Positions 27,746 to 40,215 of a DNA stretch of 64,000 bases are shown one piece after another. Below the pieces are notes generated by a model. It worked only from the letters and a program-made list of their open reading frames with translations, was not told where the DNA came from and made no database searches. Made by a program: the position numbers and the translations under genes. The stretch lies in assembly GCF_009914755.1 (NCBI RefSeq), contig NC_060930.1. One strand, 5' to 3'. This DNA is from the human T2T-CHM13v2.0 reference genome, Homo sapiens. Position 1 is the stretch's first letter; every line of letters begins with the position of its first letter.

Positions 27746-28840
27746 TGCCTCAGAGATGTATTGACCAAAGCATCATTTCTTTTTATAGCCTGGGTCCTTT
27801 TGTCCCTTCACAGTGGCATCTGCTTTAAGGTCATAGTCAATCTTTTTCATTAGAAGGTAGAACATCTTACAAATAAGAGCCTTTGACTTCTTCTTGGAGT
27901 CATCTGAGGCATCACATTTTATTAATTGCACTTTTGACCTTCTATAATAGATGTTTTATCTGGCTCTTCTACTTAAACCATGGTACTTTTAGCCATCTTA
28001 GAAAGTGCATAACAGGCTCCCATGATTGAAGAAACTGGGGCCAAGAAAGTGCCAGTAAGTTGGCCAACCTCGCACAGCCAGTTATCAGCATCCTGATTCC
28101 CGACCCCCTGCACTTCCCACTGGGGCAAGTGGTGCCTTTCAGACCCTCCCTGGTGGCATCTTGCTCTGTCTCTGCAGTACAGCTTGTTACTTTGCACTCA
28201 GAACTGTTTCTTTAGAACTGTCATATTCCTGTGGTCTCTTATAGCTTATGTGTTGTTTCCTTCTAACTGAACTTTAAAAAATTTTGCTTTTCTTTCCTAC
28301 TTTGTGAGGGCCTAAACGTAGTCACTTTATGTTCACTTCTACCAAGAATATTCTCGGTGTTTGTAACCAGCCTATAGATTTGAACACCATGCCTCACCCT
28401 CCTTCCCAAATGTTCGTTCCATGTTAATGGTTTTAAGAATTGTATGGATTGTTGCATGAAAGAGATTGTTGCATGAAAATGTATCTGTTGTCAACCCACA
28501 TGGGTTCCTTTAACTCCAGCAACATTAAGTGATCTTTTGTCTTTCATACTGCTTATCCAACTCAGAGCCCCGGCCTCTTCTACGAGGGGAAAATGAGCTG
28601 CATTCCTAGGGCTGGTGAGAAATCAGTGCCAATGGGGAGAATAAACAGTAATCAGACAAGATTCCATTTAAAACATTAGGGTTGCAATGTGTCATCCAAA
28701 GCTATAATAATAAAGGCCCATTGGTCCCCAGTAGAGCACAGTTTAATTAAATGCAACCACAAGACAACTTTACCTTAACCTTGTAGACCTGATGCTTTCT
28801 ATTAAAATATTTTCTGCTTGGTCCTTCTTTTACCATATAG

Positions 28841-28990
28841 ATGCCTTGAACCTCCGAAACCGACAGGTCATCTGTGTCACTCTCAAGGTCCTCCAGCATC
28901 TGGTTGTGTCAGCTGAGATGGTGGGCAAGGCCTTGGTGCCTTATTACCGTCAAATCCTCCCTGTCCTGAACATCTTTAAGAATATGAATG
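28841..28990 (+). CDS. PACRG: PACRG internal coding exon (150 nt, phase 1 to phase 1; usually numbered exon 4)
   Basis: Acceptor ccttcttttaccatatag (AG 28839-28840), donor G|GTGAGT (28991). A(1902)+AT gives Asn, then [49 protein letters not shown], continuing the previous exon in frame as in PACRG. Confidence 0.97.
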
Positions 28991-31900
28991 GTGAGTGAGC
29001 CCACGAGTCAAAATGTCTTTTAAGCCAAAGAAAAAGGGAGTGGTTTGAAGTAGAGTTAATTAGCAACACGTTTAGGATTTATTATTGCATATAAACCATG
29101 ATCCATTTGGAGATCTAAATAGCATATTCCCACGCCTTCTCCAGCTACTCCCTAGGGAAACAGTAAAGTTAACAATTTCATTTATTACTCCTCAGGTACA
29201 GCTTACTTACTCAGTACAGAAGTGCTGAAGCAGTTCTATAAACTTCCAATAATTAAATTTGAAGTTTTTTTAATGGTCTTTTGAATACATTAGTAGGTTT
29301 TGAGTTTGTTCTTTTTCTTCATAGTGATTCTACCTTTAGATACTTCCTGTTACAATTTCAGTCAGCTTTTTTCCATTGGTTTAAGATGAATTTTTAAGCA
29401 CTATTATTAAAATCTGGTAAATGGTTTTGATGATTCATTTATTTTTTGTAGTATTATTCTATAAGCTTTGGAAAACACAGATGAATTCATATGGCTCTAT
29501 TTTACCCTAACAAAGATATTAGCAAGTTTTTGGTGACCTTTGGCAGGCAGTGGATGTAAATCTATTCATTAAGCGTGTGATTTCATTGAAATGATGAGTC
29601 TAATTTTCTTTTTTGTTGTTAATTTTGAAGTTCCGTACTTCTCACATGCATGTTATAAGTCAACATGAAGTTATTTCCTGATAGTGGTATCAATAAGTTA
29701 GTAATTTAATGGAGCACTGAATGAAACTTTTACAACATGATCTGCTCATCATACATTCAAGAAAAAAAATCAAACAAGAAGCTGAGTTTACAGCAGCTCC
29801 TGCCACAAACAGACTTTTGTTTGGAATCACTATTTTTTATATTATTACTCAATTGCTATTATGTCTGCTCCAGGCATAGACTATTCAGGAAATCATGGAA
29901 TTCTCAAAAAGCTTTTAGCTCTCTTTCAGTAGTAGAACCGGCTTATATGTTAAATACTATACATATTTAGAAAAAGGACTTCAAACTGGAGTTATAGGAG
30001 CTTACAAATGCCTGTAATGGAGTGCTTGCAATGGTATTCTGTTCAAATTATCTGAAGAGCTGTGGGTAAGGTGGACATTCAGGCAAGATGGTTAGTCTTT
30101 ACGCAAAGTAATAACTGGGTTTTAATAATTGAGTCTCTTATTGTTAAAATGTAATGTTTTAGTAACAATATTACTACATTTGGAAAATACTTATTTAAAC
30201 AGTCTTCATTCATAGTTCATATTTTTACCATATAGTAGCAGCAAATATCCATGAAGTTATGGGAGACTCCCGATGTGCACCTTTTTCAACTAAGGTCGAT
30301 AAAAGAAACTCTAACTGCATACCTCATATTTAGATTCTAGTAACTTGAGGGAGATAGAGATAAAGATGTTCTGCTAGAGATGAGAGCATTATTAAAGAGA
30401 TGGAAGCATCAGGGAACAGCCACCCCCAAATGTCTTAGTTAACATTTTTGAAGTGTGCGATTCACTAATATTTCCTCAGTAATCCTCATGCAAACCTATG
30501 ATGCATGTACTATTACTATTTCCATTTAATTGTTGCAGAAGTTGCCTCTTGTAGCTTTCCTCCCATGTGAACAGTTATTCTGTACTTGATGATCCTGGAA
30601 GATGAGCCTGAACACATTTCTCCTTTCTTGCCTGAGTATCTGGGAATAGGTAGCTACTGCAACACTGCTTTAATGCTTTTGTTGGTCACACAATAAAGGC
30701 TAGAACTTATATCTAAGCATCATTCTGTATCCCTGTATAAAAGTAGAAAATCAGTGATGTTCAAAGGACAATTAGAATCTTTCTTTATCCTCAAGGAAAT
30801 CTATAAAGATGGATAAATATTGCTGCCGCAAAGACAGATAAATCTTGTTGGGAGCTCTAGACTACTAAACAAAACAATTGGTTTCTACTGCTTTCTCATT
30901 ATAGTTTTTCTTTAAACCTTTAACTCACAGGTGTTCATACACTTAACAAAGAAAATTATTGACTTTAAGAATAAATCCCTAGTAAGATTTTATCAATGTG
31001 GGACATTTAAAGTTCATACGAGAGTCCTTAATTGGTTCCAAACTCAGCTAATTCTTTTGGAGTCTTTCTAAATGCATGCATCAGGAATTCTACATTTAAA
31101 TTATTTTTCTGCTTAACATTTTTCTGACATTTGTAGGGAAAAATATTATCTTCCGCTTCATTTTCTACTTATCTTAGAAACCTGTCACAACAATGCCAGC
31201 CTGCAGTTTGCTGTATTTTCAGAGGGTCCTATTACAAAATTGGAGCATTCTAGCTATAAAAACTTAAAACTGTTCCTTAAAGTAGCTATGTTACCCTAGA
31301 TCCAATTCTTTCAGAAAAAAAAGCTTATCGCAGGATTTTCAATTACATTAGAATTTTCACTAGGAAAATGATTTAGCTTTAATAACATTTTAAGAAAGCC
31401 TGCTTTATGATATACATCACAAAATTATATATACTTATTTTATTTAAGCAGATGTCCTTAGTAACAGATATAATTATTTACAATTAAAATTACATTAGAA
31501 ATTGACAGTATGTAGCAGTAGAAAAAACTCATCCTAAATTTCAATGTATTTGAGAACAATTGCACATTTCCGTATTCCTCTTTTTTTGTATTTCTCTTTT
31601 ATGTAAATCAATGTCTTGTTAAACTCAGATTCAAAAATATTTCTTTCAAGTCCCACTACAAAATTCTTTTTAGAATGAGACCAGATACAAATGACAAAAA
31701 AGAATGAGAGAAAATATTCTTTCAAATAAAATGACCTGTCTGTCAGCATCCCCTCAAAGCGCAAACATTAGATTAGTTCTACTGCCTGAAGTTTTTACAA
31801 TGTCTCCTGTTTTAATGTCACATGAACTTCCTCTGAAATAAGCAGTGGGGGTTGCAGAGCCAGGGAGCTAGACATTGGGACAGTGGCCCATGTGAGGAGC

Positions 31901-34900
31901 CCAGGCTTCCAGTCTTTTCAAGGACCAGTTGGAAATCAAGTAGGGGAGGGAGGAACAGTCCATGCTCACAGCACCAATTCAGGCCCCATCTACACGATCA
32001 GAGCAATGAAAACTTAGAGCCAGCCCCACTAGATCATTCTTGTTCTAGCAGAGAAAGTGGCTGTATCCTCTTGTGTGTTCATAATATTTTTCACAGAGTT
32101 TAATTAGGCTATAGTTAAAACAAGAACAGATAAATCTGAGATGTGAATGGTAGTGTAGACTAAACAGTAACATTTTGGAGCCAGAAAAGCTGTGACCTCA
32201 GGCAAATCCCTTAAAGTCTGTAATCATCAATTTTTCTGTCTACACAAGATATGCATCGTAACAACTTTTCATTAGGGTGGGCATAATTAGAGACAAGGTG
32301 TTCAGGGCACCTTCACATGGAGCCTGTCCATGACCGGGTATTAATGAGAGAGCCATTATGATTACACAACATTATATACATATCCAATATTATATACATA
32401 CAATAGTATATATTATAGAAGAATATCATGCTCTATGAATTATTATGTAACAACACAACCAGGCAACTGAAAGTGTTGTGTGTGACCCATAGCGCTCTCT
32501 CGTTGGGTGACCTGTCGCTTGGCCCTCTGTGAGCCTGTGAGTGGCATGTGGCCTCCCGGTCTCACCAGCTGCATCAGTGCCTTTGCTTCAAATGGTTCAT
32601 TTTGGCTCTAATTGCCAAATGCAGGGCGAGTGGCCAAATAAGTGAAAGACTCAGATTCATTCACTGGTAACAGGTTTTCAAATCCATCCTTTCCTGGCAT
32701 AATCTCTCAGCTTGAATATGTGACTGGAGTTTAGGGAGCATCGTATTTACAAAGGAGAAACCTCTTTCCAGCACAGACAAGGAAAGCCTGGGCCACGGTC
32801 CTCTTTGAAAAAACCAAACTGCTGTCTAAGCTTTTGAGCTTATTTGCCTGCATTCTAAACAGTGAATTTTGGACGTAAAACATGCTGTCTTTCCAGTGAC
32901 TGCTTTGAGGGGAAAGAAAGGGGAGTTCCTACAAAATATTCCTTGGATGCATTTGTCATACAGCCAATAGCAATTTATTCTTTCCTATGTTCTTTCACAA
33001 ATGTTATTAAAGGTTACAGAAAATTAAAACAATAGGAATCTTCAATTTATAGCTTTCAGAGATGAAACTACCAAATTAATGATGCAGAGTATTACATTTG
33101 AGGAGCATGAGCCAATAAATGGCATTAAAGCTTTTACAGCTGGAATATGGGCTCCGCCAGCAGATTAGGGCTCTCCGACAGGCCTGTTTACCATATTTTG
33201 GTTCATTTCTAACAGTACCAATAGTTCTGAAACAATCCCTACCTAAAAGATTTCAGACTCCAGATATCAGAGACTCTGATAATGTTGTAAATTTATGTCA
33301 TGAAATATGCAAAAGTAAACATAATAATGAAATATCCTGTCCCCACGTTTGTAGGAATCAAATTGCTTGGCTTTATCTAAGATGTTTACCATTATAGACT
33401 AATAAAAAGTTCATTAAAGAGACTTAAAATTTTAATTCAGATGCAGGCACATTAAAACATATGGGGAATGAGGATGCCTGAAGTTTGCAAAATTTTAGGA
33501 TGTTTGTACCAGGTCTTTGACCTGTAATTTAAACGGCTTCTAAGAAATAGAAGTAATTATTTTATGTTGATCATCTTTTAAAACAACTTCTAAGGAGAAC
33601 CTAGGCCTTGTAAGTCAACCTGATTCAAACCCTCCTTGATAACCCTCCTTGATATTCGTGTGAATTCTCTGGGACCAATTCTCATGCTCTTTTCAAACGT
33701 TGATGAACTTCTGGGAATGGATTACCAAACAACAACAGCAGCAACAAAACCTTCAGTTTTTCTGTCCCAAAGTTGATGTATGTAAATGTTATTTCTCCTC
33801 ACAGAGATTTACATTTAATTTTGGAATTCAGGTTCATCCCCCATGGAATTCTGAACAATTCTGCGTTCATGATTTACATTTTAGAAATTTACTTCGAAGT
33901 CCCTTTGAAATGGTTAAATGTGTTAAATTTGAACCATGAGATTATCCTAAATTCCTTGAGGAAATTATTAGAACTACTGCCCCCCACATTTCTGAAAGTT
34001 AGATTTGGAATTGTCATGCATATATCTAGTCTCTCTGAGCACTTCCTCCATGCACACTTAACTCATTTGTCTGCAGAGAATCCTGGGATTATAAAGTTGG
34101 AAGATCCGTGTAGGGGTCCTTTGGTCTAAGAGTATCTCCAATTTACCAAACTAATCAACCATTACTTCCACGAAGGCAAAATGTTTGTGTTGGTCTTTCC
34201 TTTTCTTATATAGAGCTTGGCACACCTAGTAGAATCAGGTGCCTAATATGTGCTTGTGTGAAATTAGTTCACTAACTCAGCCTACGCAACCAGTACTTAT
34301 TTATTCCGTCTTGTCCAAGCAGCCTCACTACTTCATGGGGTAGCTGTTCTACTTCCAAAGAGAAAGGCAGCTCCTGTTTTGAAAGGAAATTTACACCTAA
34401 CATTTCCATCTGGTTCACCTCTCTCATCTAAACTACACAGCACAATGGTTAATCCTTTTCCACATATAGCAAGCCCTCGGGAAATTATAGAAAACTTTCC
34501 TTCCCCCTCGGTATTCACTTCTCCAAGTGCAATATCCCTACTTCTTCCAAGCATTCTCTATAAGCAGAGCTCCCAAAGCCTGGAAAATCTTTGAGGATGG
34601 GGAGGGAGGACTCATTTCTACAGAAACAGATGGTTGTGCAGCGATCTAAGTGAGAGGGCAGCCCAGGACAGCAGATGGTCCTGGGAAGGGCTCAGGCCTC
34701 CCTCCCTCACCTGATGCCCCCACGCGTGGTCAGCCCATAAAGACCTCTTTACCATGGTGAAACCTACACATGCTTATGAGGTTAAATGCCTTTCCTCTTC
34801 ACTGAGACTGCTACATTTGAGTCTATTTTCAACCCAAATCCACTTATAAAAAGCATCAGGGGAGTGGGGTCAGTCACAAACTGTAAATTACGTCTCTATG

Positions 34901-35016
34901 TGCTCTTCTCTGTAGACCTCCCTGGTTGCGCCTGCCCGGAGGGAAGGATTATTCTGAGTTGTCTGTAACCTGGTAGGGCGATGTCTAAAGAAATCAGAAT
35001 CCAGCTCTGAAGGCTG

Positions 35017-35477
35017 TGTCTTAGCTTCCTGGAGCCACGTAACAAATTACCATACACAGAATGGCTTAAACAACAGAAATGTATCGTCTCCCAGTTCTGG
35101 AGGCTACGAGTTAAAGATCAAGGTGTGGACAGGGCCAGCTCTCACTGCAGGCTCCGGGGAAGCCTCCTTCCTGCTGCTTCTAGCTTCCGGAGGTGCCAGC
35201 CGTCCTTGAGCTCCTTGGCTTGTGGATGACGCATCACTCCAGTCCCGCCCCATCTTCATGTGGCCTTTTTTCCTGTGCGTCTGTCTGTGTCTCTTCTCTT
35301 CCTATGAGAATACCAGCCCTCATAAGGATTGGATTAAGGGCCCACCCTACTCCAATACTCCAATATTACTTTATCTTAACTACTTTCATTGGCAATGACC
35401 CTATTTCCAAGTAAGGCCACATCCTAAAGTTCTGGAAAAGACAGGAATTTGGGGGAGACACTATTCAATCCAGTCCA
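35017..35477 (-). mobile_element. MaLR solo LTR (MLT1B/C-like)
   Basis: tgtcttagcttcctgg...gtaacaaattacca...ggcttaaacaacagaaat...cagttctggaggct...accctatttccaagtaaggccacat...ggggagacactattcaatcc. Confidence 0.85.
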
Positions 35478-37035
35478 GATGATATACCTCTTTCCTACAG
35501 CCTGTGGGGAGAAAATCTCATCTTTGATAAATAAAGGTAGAGGTTTTGTGTTCGTTTCACTCCTTCACATTGCTGTAACTAGTGTTACTGAGCCTGCTCT
35601 GCACGGACTAATGAAAACTCCCTCTTTCAACAACAAAAATGTCATGCCTTTTCCTTTCAGCAGGAAGGGTTTGTTTAGTTAAGAAAGAAACTGGGCCTGG
35701 ATAAGTTTTGAGTAGGGGAGATGCAGGGAATTGATGTTTCTCTTCTTCTTCGGTAATGCTGCAAACTAACCAGAGATGGAAGCTCACACTTCCAACAGCT
35801 CTGGATGCTGCCCTGGGGATCCCATAGCAGCACCCCAGGGTGCTGCCGCACCAGCCCAGTCTCGAGGGACCTGGCCACGGTGAGGCTGGTTCACCTGGGC
35901 CTGTCCCGGCCCAAACCAGCTGGGCAGGAGGCTCAGGCCACTCTGCCTAAAGGGGTTTGTACCAATAAATGTGGGTCACCTGGTGGACAAGCAGGGGAAG
36001 ATGCTTGGGCAGATGGGATAATTTGTGGAGAAACAAGAAATGGGACAAAGCATGCAGCTGCCGAGCACAGCACTGAGGCGCAAAGGCTCCGGCTGCAGTT
36101 CTTCTGGGTTCAAACTGTTTGCCGGCTGTGGCTTTTGACGGGTCATGTAACAACTCCGTGCCTTAGTCTCCATAATTTAAAAACCAAGTTACTGGGAGGA
36201 TTAAAGCAGCTCATTGACTTGCAGAGAACTATAAGAAGGTCATTTTTCAGGAGTTCTACTTGGAGAGAAGGAGGGGAATGAATTGTGGAATCGAGGGTAA
36301 GTGCTTTGAAACTAGCGTGTTAGGTAAATGTCTCCTACCTGCAGCACAGGGTTTATGGAGAGAACCAAATACATGTGGCTTTATATGGTCCTTCCAAGAA
36401 AATTAAGTGAAATCTTTTTAAGTTAATATCATAATTAACATCTAAGATGATTACATATGAAATAAATATTCAAGAATCAATACCTTTCCCATATGTCAGC
36501 AGTCAGAAATGCAATGCAAAGTTCATTTTCTAGATGCTACTAATTCCTAATTGCAAATATTCCAACCCAGACAAACTTTCACTGCTCAGCTCTCCCTTCC
36601 CCCGAAGACAGTTTAGTTCCTTCCTTGGCCCTCTCACATCATTGCAAAGAAGGGCTGAGTAGTGACCTACGCATAGGGCTGCATCAGCAGGTTCACTGGC
36701 CTGCCCCAGTGAACTAGTGAAATCCCAACCTCTTTCCACTGTGTTCTGTTTTCGATTGGCCCTTATATTTGTGGTTTCTCTGTATAAATCTTTCCAAGTT
36801 GTTGTGGCCAAGTTTCCTCTGGACATCCCCATTTCACCAGCATCTGGCTTTACCACTGTCCCCACTTATCCAACTTTACCTGAAGGGATCAGACTGCCAG
36901 GAGGATACAGAGTTGCAGATAGGTTCATGACCCAGGCACATCCCCATTGTTTCTGGACCAGTGGCAAATGTGGTATATCAAGAATGGCTTGTGTAAGAGA
37001 ATCCCATTCATTGCTTCTGAAACGGTGATGAAAGG

Positions 37036-37784
37036 TGTCGACAAAAAGAGTCACACTCTGTAAAATATTTAAAGAGGCTTATTCTGAGCCAAATATGGGT
37101 GACCATGACCCAGGGCACAGTCTCAGGAGGTCCTGAGAACATGTGCCTAAGGTGGTTGAGTTACAGCTTGGTTTTTATATCTTTTAGGGAGACATAAGAC
37201 ATCAATCGATATGTGTGGGGTATACATTGGTTTGGTTCAGAAGGGCGGTGGTTTACAGGTCATAGTGGGTTCAAAGAGTTCCTGATTGGCAATTGGTTGA
37301 AAGAGTTAAGTTATTGTCTAAACACCTGGAATCAACAGAAAAGAGTGTCAGGGTCAAGATAAGGGGCTGTGGAAACCAGGTTTCTTATTATGTAGATGAA
37401 GTCTCATAGGTGGTACCCTTAGAGAAAATAAGTTGGCAGATGTAGACTCTCCGTAAATCTCTTCAGGACTGGGAGGGTATGGAATGGGGAAAGATCTATT
37501 ATGTTAATAGAGATTCTTTATAGACACAACTTTCTCCCCACTAAAATGACTTTTCAGTCCATTTCAAAATATGGCAAAGAAAGATATTTGGGGTGAAATA
37601 TTTTGATTTTCTACTTTGTCTGTCATGTGAGGTTATGCTAGAGTCAGGCTGGAAAGTAAGCCACGTTATATAGGGTTAAATGAAACCTCTCTGATGAGAT
37701 TTTATGGTTTGTGGGGTGTGACTCCCCAGGTCCCTTAGATAGGAATTTGGGCAAGAGAAGTAAAAGGTCAGAGTTCAGTCCTCA
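37036..37784 (-). mobile_element. MER4-group ERV1 solo LTR (MER4E/MER4D-like)
   Basis: Reverse strand starts TGAGGACTGAACTCTGACC and ends ...TTTGTCGACA; flanked by the direct repeat AAAGG (37031-37035 and 37785-37789). Confidence 0.85.
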
Positions 37785-38182
37785 AAAGGAACTGCAGTAT
37801 GGAAACAGCAGCTCAGGATGGAGCTGGAACTGGCACTCATGCCCCCTGCCTGTGTGTGGAACAGGCCATGTGATCTGAAGCCTGCTTCTCAGCCTACGAG
37901 ACACCCTACTGCCATTCCAGGGACTCTGGGAGTTATCTCTGCTCTTCCCTCCATATCCACACTCAGACATCCCATCCTTTCAGTAACCTCCCCTGACTCC
38001 GCCCCCACTAGCAGAACAGAGGGCTCGTCCCTCCGATTATTCCCAATCTGCCTTGCTGGGTAGAGGTCCTATTTCTTGTGTCCCTCCTCACCAGGCGGGA
38101 GAGCCCAGATGCCGGGTGACAGTTGGGACAACTGGCTTTTGGCTGGACCTGTTTTCAAAGCCATGTTTGGAATGTGTGCTTT

Positions 38183-38736
38183 TGTTACAGGAAAGGGGTC
38201 CTGATCCAGATCCAAAGAGAGCATTCTTGGATCTCACGCAAGACAGAATTCAGGGCAAGTCCATAAAGTAAAGTGAAAGCAAGTTTATTAAGAAAGTAAA
38301 GGAATAAAAGAATGGCTACTCCATAGACAGAGCAGCCCCAAGGGCTGCTGGTTGCCCATTTTTATGGTTATTTCTTGAAGATATGCTAAACAACGGGCGG
38401 ATTATTCATATCTCCCCTTTTTAGACCATATAGGGTAACTTCCTGATGTTGCTGTGGCATCTGTAAACTGTCATGGCCCTGGTGGGAGTGTAGCAGTGAG
38501 GACAACCAGAGGTCACTCTCATCGCCATCTTGGTTTTGATGGGTTTGGGCCGGCTTCTTTACTGCGACCTATTTCATCAGCAAGGTCTTTCTGACCTGTG
38601 TCTTGTGCCAACCTCCTATTTCATCCTGTGACTCAGAATCCCTTCACTGTCTGGGGATGCAGCCCAGTGGGTCCCAGCTTCATTTTACCCAGCTTCTATT
38701 TAAGATGGATTTGCTCTGGTTTAAACGCCTCTGATA
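38183..38736 (-). mobile_element. MER41A-like ERV1 solo LTR
   Basis: tgttacaggaaaggggtcctgatccaga...aagtttattaagaaagtaaagg...ttgctctggtttaaacgcctctgata; near-TSD cttt/cctt; lacks the GAS-bearing segment of MER41B. Confidence 0.9.
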
Positions 38737-39379
38737 CCTTGTCACCCCTCCACCCCTCTGAGGTACCCCAACAGGGATCCACAGACAAAATGACTGGGTT
38801 GTGGCTGGTTTCCAGTGCTTGGCCAGTGACATCCCTCCTGCTAGCTGGGAACTGGCACATTTCCCAATCAGAGATTGCGACCAATTCAGCTAAGGCCTTA
38901 CAGATCTGCCTAGAGAAATCTGTATAATATGCTTTAATGTATTTAAACGCTCAAAATGGGCCCCAAGTGAGCAGGCATGCACATATTCGCCCAAGAGAAA
39001 ATAGCGTTCTTTTCTATTTATGCAACAGAAAGTTTTACTTAATCTGAGCAAGAAAGCAAATAGCAATTTCTAAAGCTTTAATTTAAGGAGGCTTCTCTAT
39101 TCAGTCAGCTCATAATTTGTAGTTTTTAAGTCCCCTAAAATATCACCTATTCTGGATTTGCTGATAATTGAGAGTTCATTCTGATTTTCCTTTATATGCA
39201 AATCTTCCATGAGCACCAACTAATGACTTTTTAAAGGTCTCTTTGTGGACATTGCAGAGAAAGTAAGAATGTCACCAAGTGTAATTGTTATGCTGAATAC
39301 CACTATTCATGCCATCGTTAAAAGGTCCGTTTAAAGGGGGTGAGAGACAAAAGCTAAGCTTGACTGGATGGAGGAGCCT

Positions 39380-40215
39380 TTCCGTGCCACTGCGGAACCC
39401 CTCGCAGGGGTGGGTAGTGAGGGTGAGTAAATTGTTCTGCCCTCCCCTGAGTTCCCAGGCTCCTTGAGTCGCACGTGCTCTTCTAGAGACTGATGGGAAC
39501 GCTCAGCTTGCTTCACTCTCAGACCTTCTCTCCCCGCCCAGCGCGGACGGGCTCCGGGCTAGGAGCTCGCAGAGGGACGGGCTGTGTCGCCTCGCCTCTC
39601 CCTGCCTCTGTGTAGGAATTCCCCGCCGCTGAGGTCAGGAGGGCGGGAGTGACACAGGAGCCGTGGCTGCCTGGACTCCTGGGCTGCCCCAGGAGCCGAG
39701 GACAGCCAGGTGGAGGCGGCTACGGCTCGGCCCGAACCCACCACGGCCTCCCCTGCAGGGACCTGTGTCCAGCCTCCACGGCCCTGCAGCTGCATTCGCC
39801 TCAGCCTCTCGTGCTGGGATCCCTGGGCCCTTCTAGATTCCCATCACGCAGGGTCAAAAATGCCCCCACCCGTGCACGCTCACCGTGAGAAACCCACTCC
39901 CATGCCGTGCACTGATCGCCCGGCGTGCTGCCCGGACTCCAGCCCTGCTGCCTCGGCCTTTCCATTCTGCACCGCAGGGAAGGCCCAGGCGTCGCGCGGC
40001 CAGCCCCTGGGGACACCTTCAGGCTGCTCGAGAGGGTTCCAGCTGCCAGGTCAGGAGCAGAGCACAGCCACCGCGCCCTCCAAGGACACCAAGGCACGTC
40101 CCGCTGTCCCCCCAGCGCGTGGCCAGTTCCCCGCGACTCTTTAAGCAGTTCTGCTGGCGGTGGCCCCCACACCTGCCTGGGCCCACAGCTCACCCAGGTC
40201 GAGGGACCCTCGTGT
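39380..40215. promoter_or_regulatory. Intronic CpG-rich island (possible enhancer or alternative promoter)
   Basis: Abrupt GC-rich block with about 55 CpGs (hand count) in ~840 bp, in otherwise AT-rich, CpG-poor DNA; GC boxes (ccccgccc ~39532, gggcggg ~39641) and E-box CACGTG (~39472). Confidence 0.6.
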
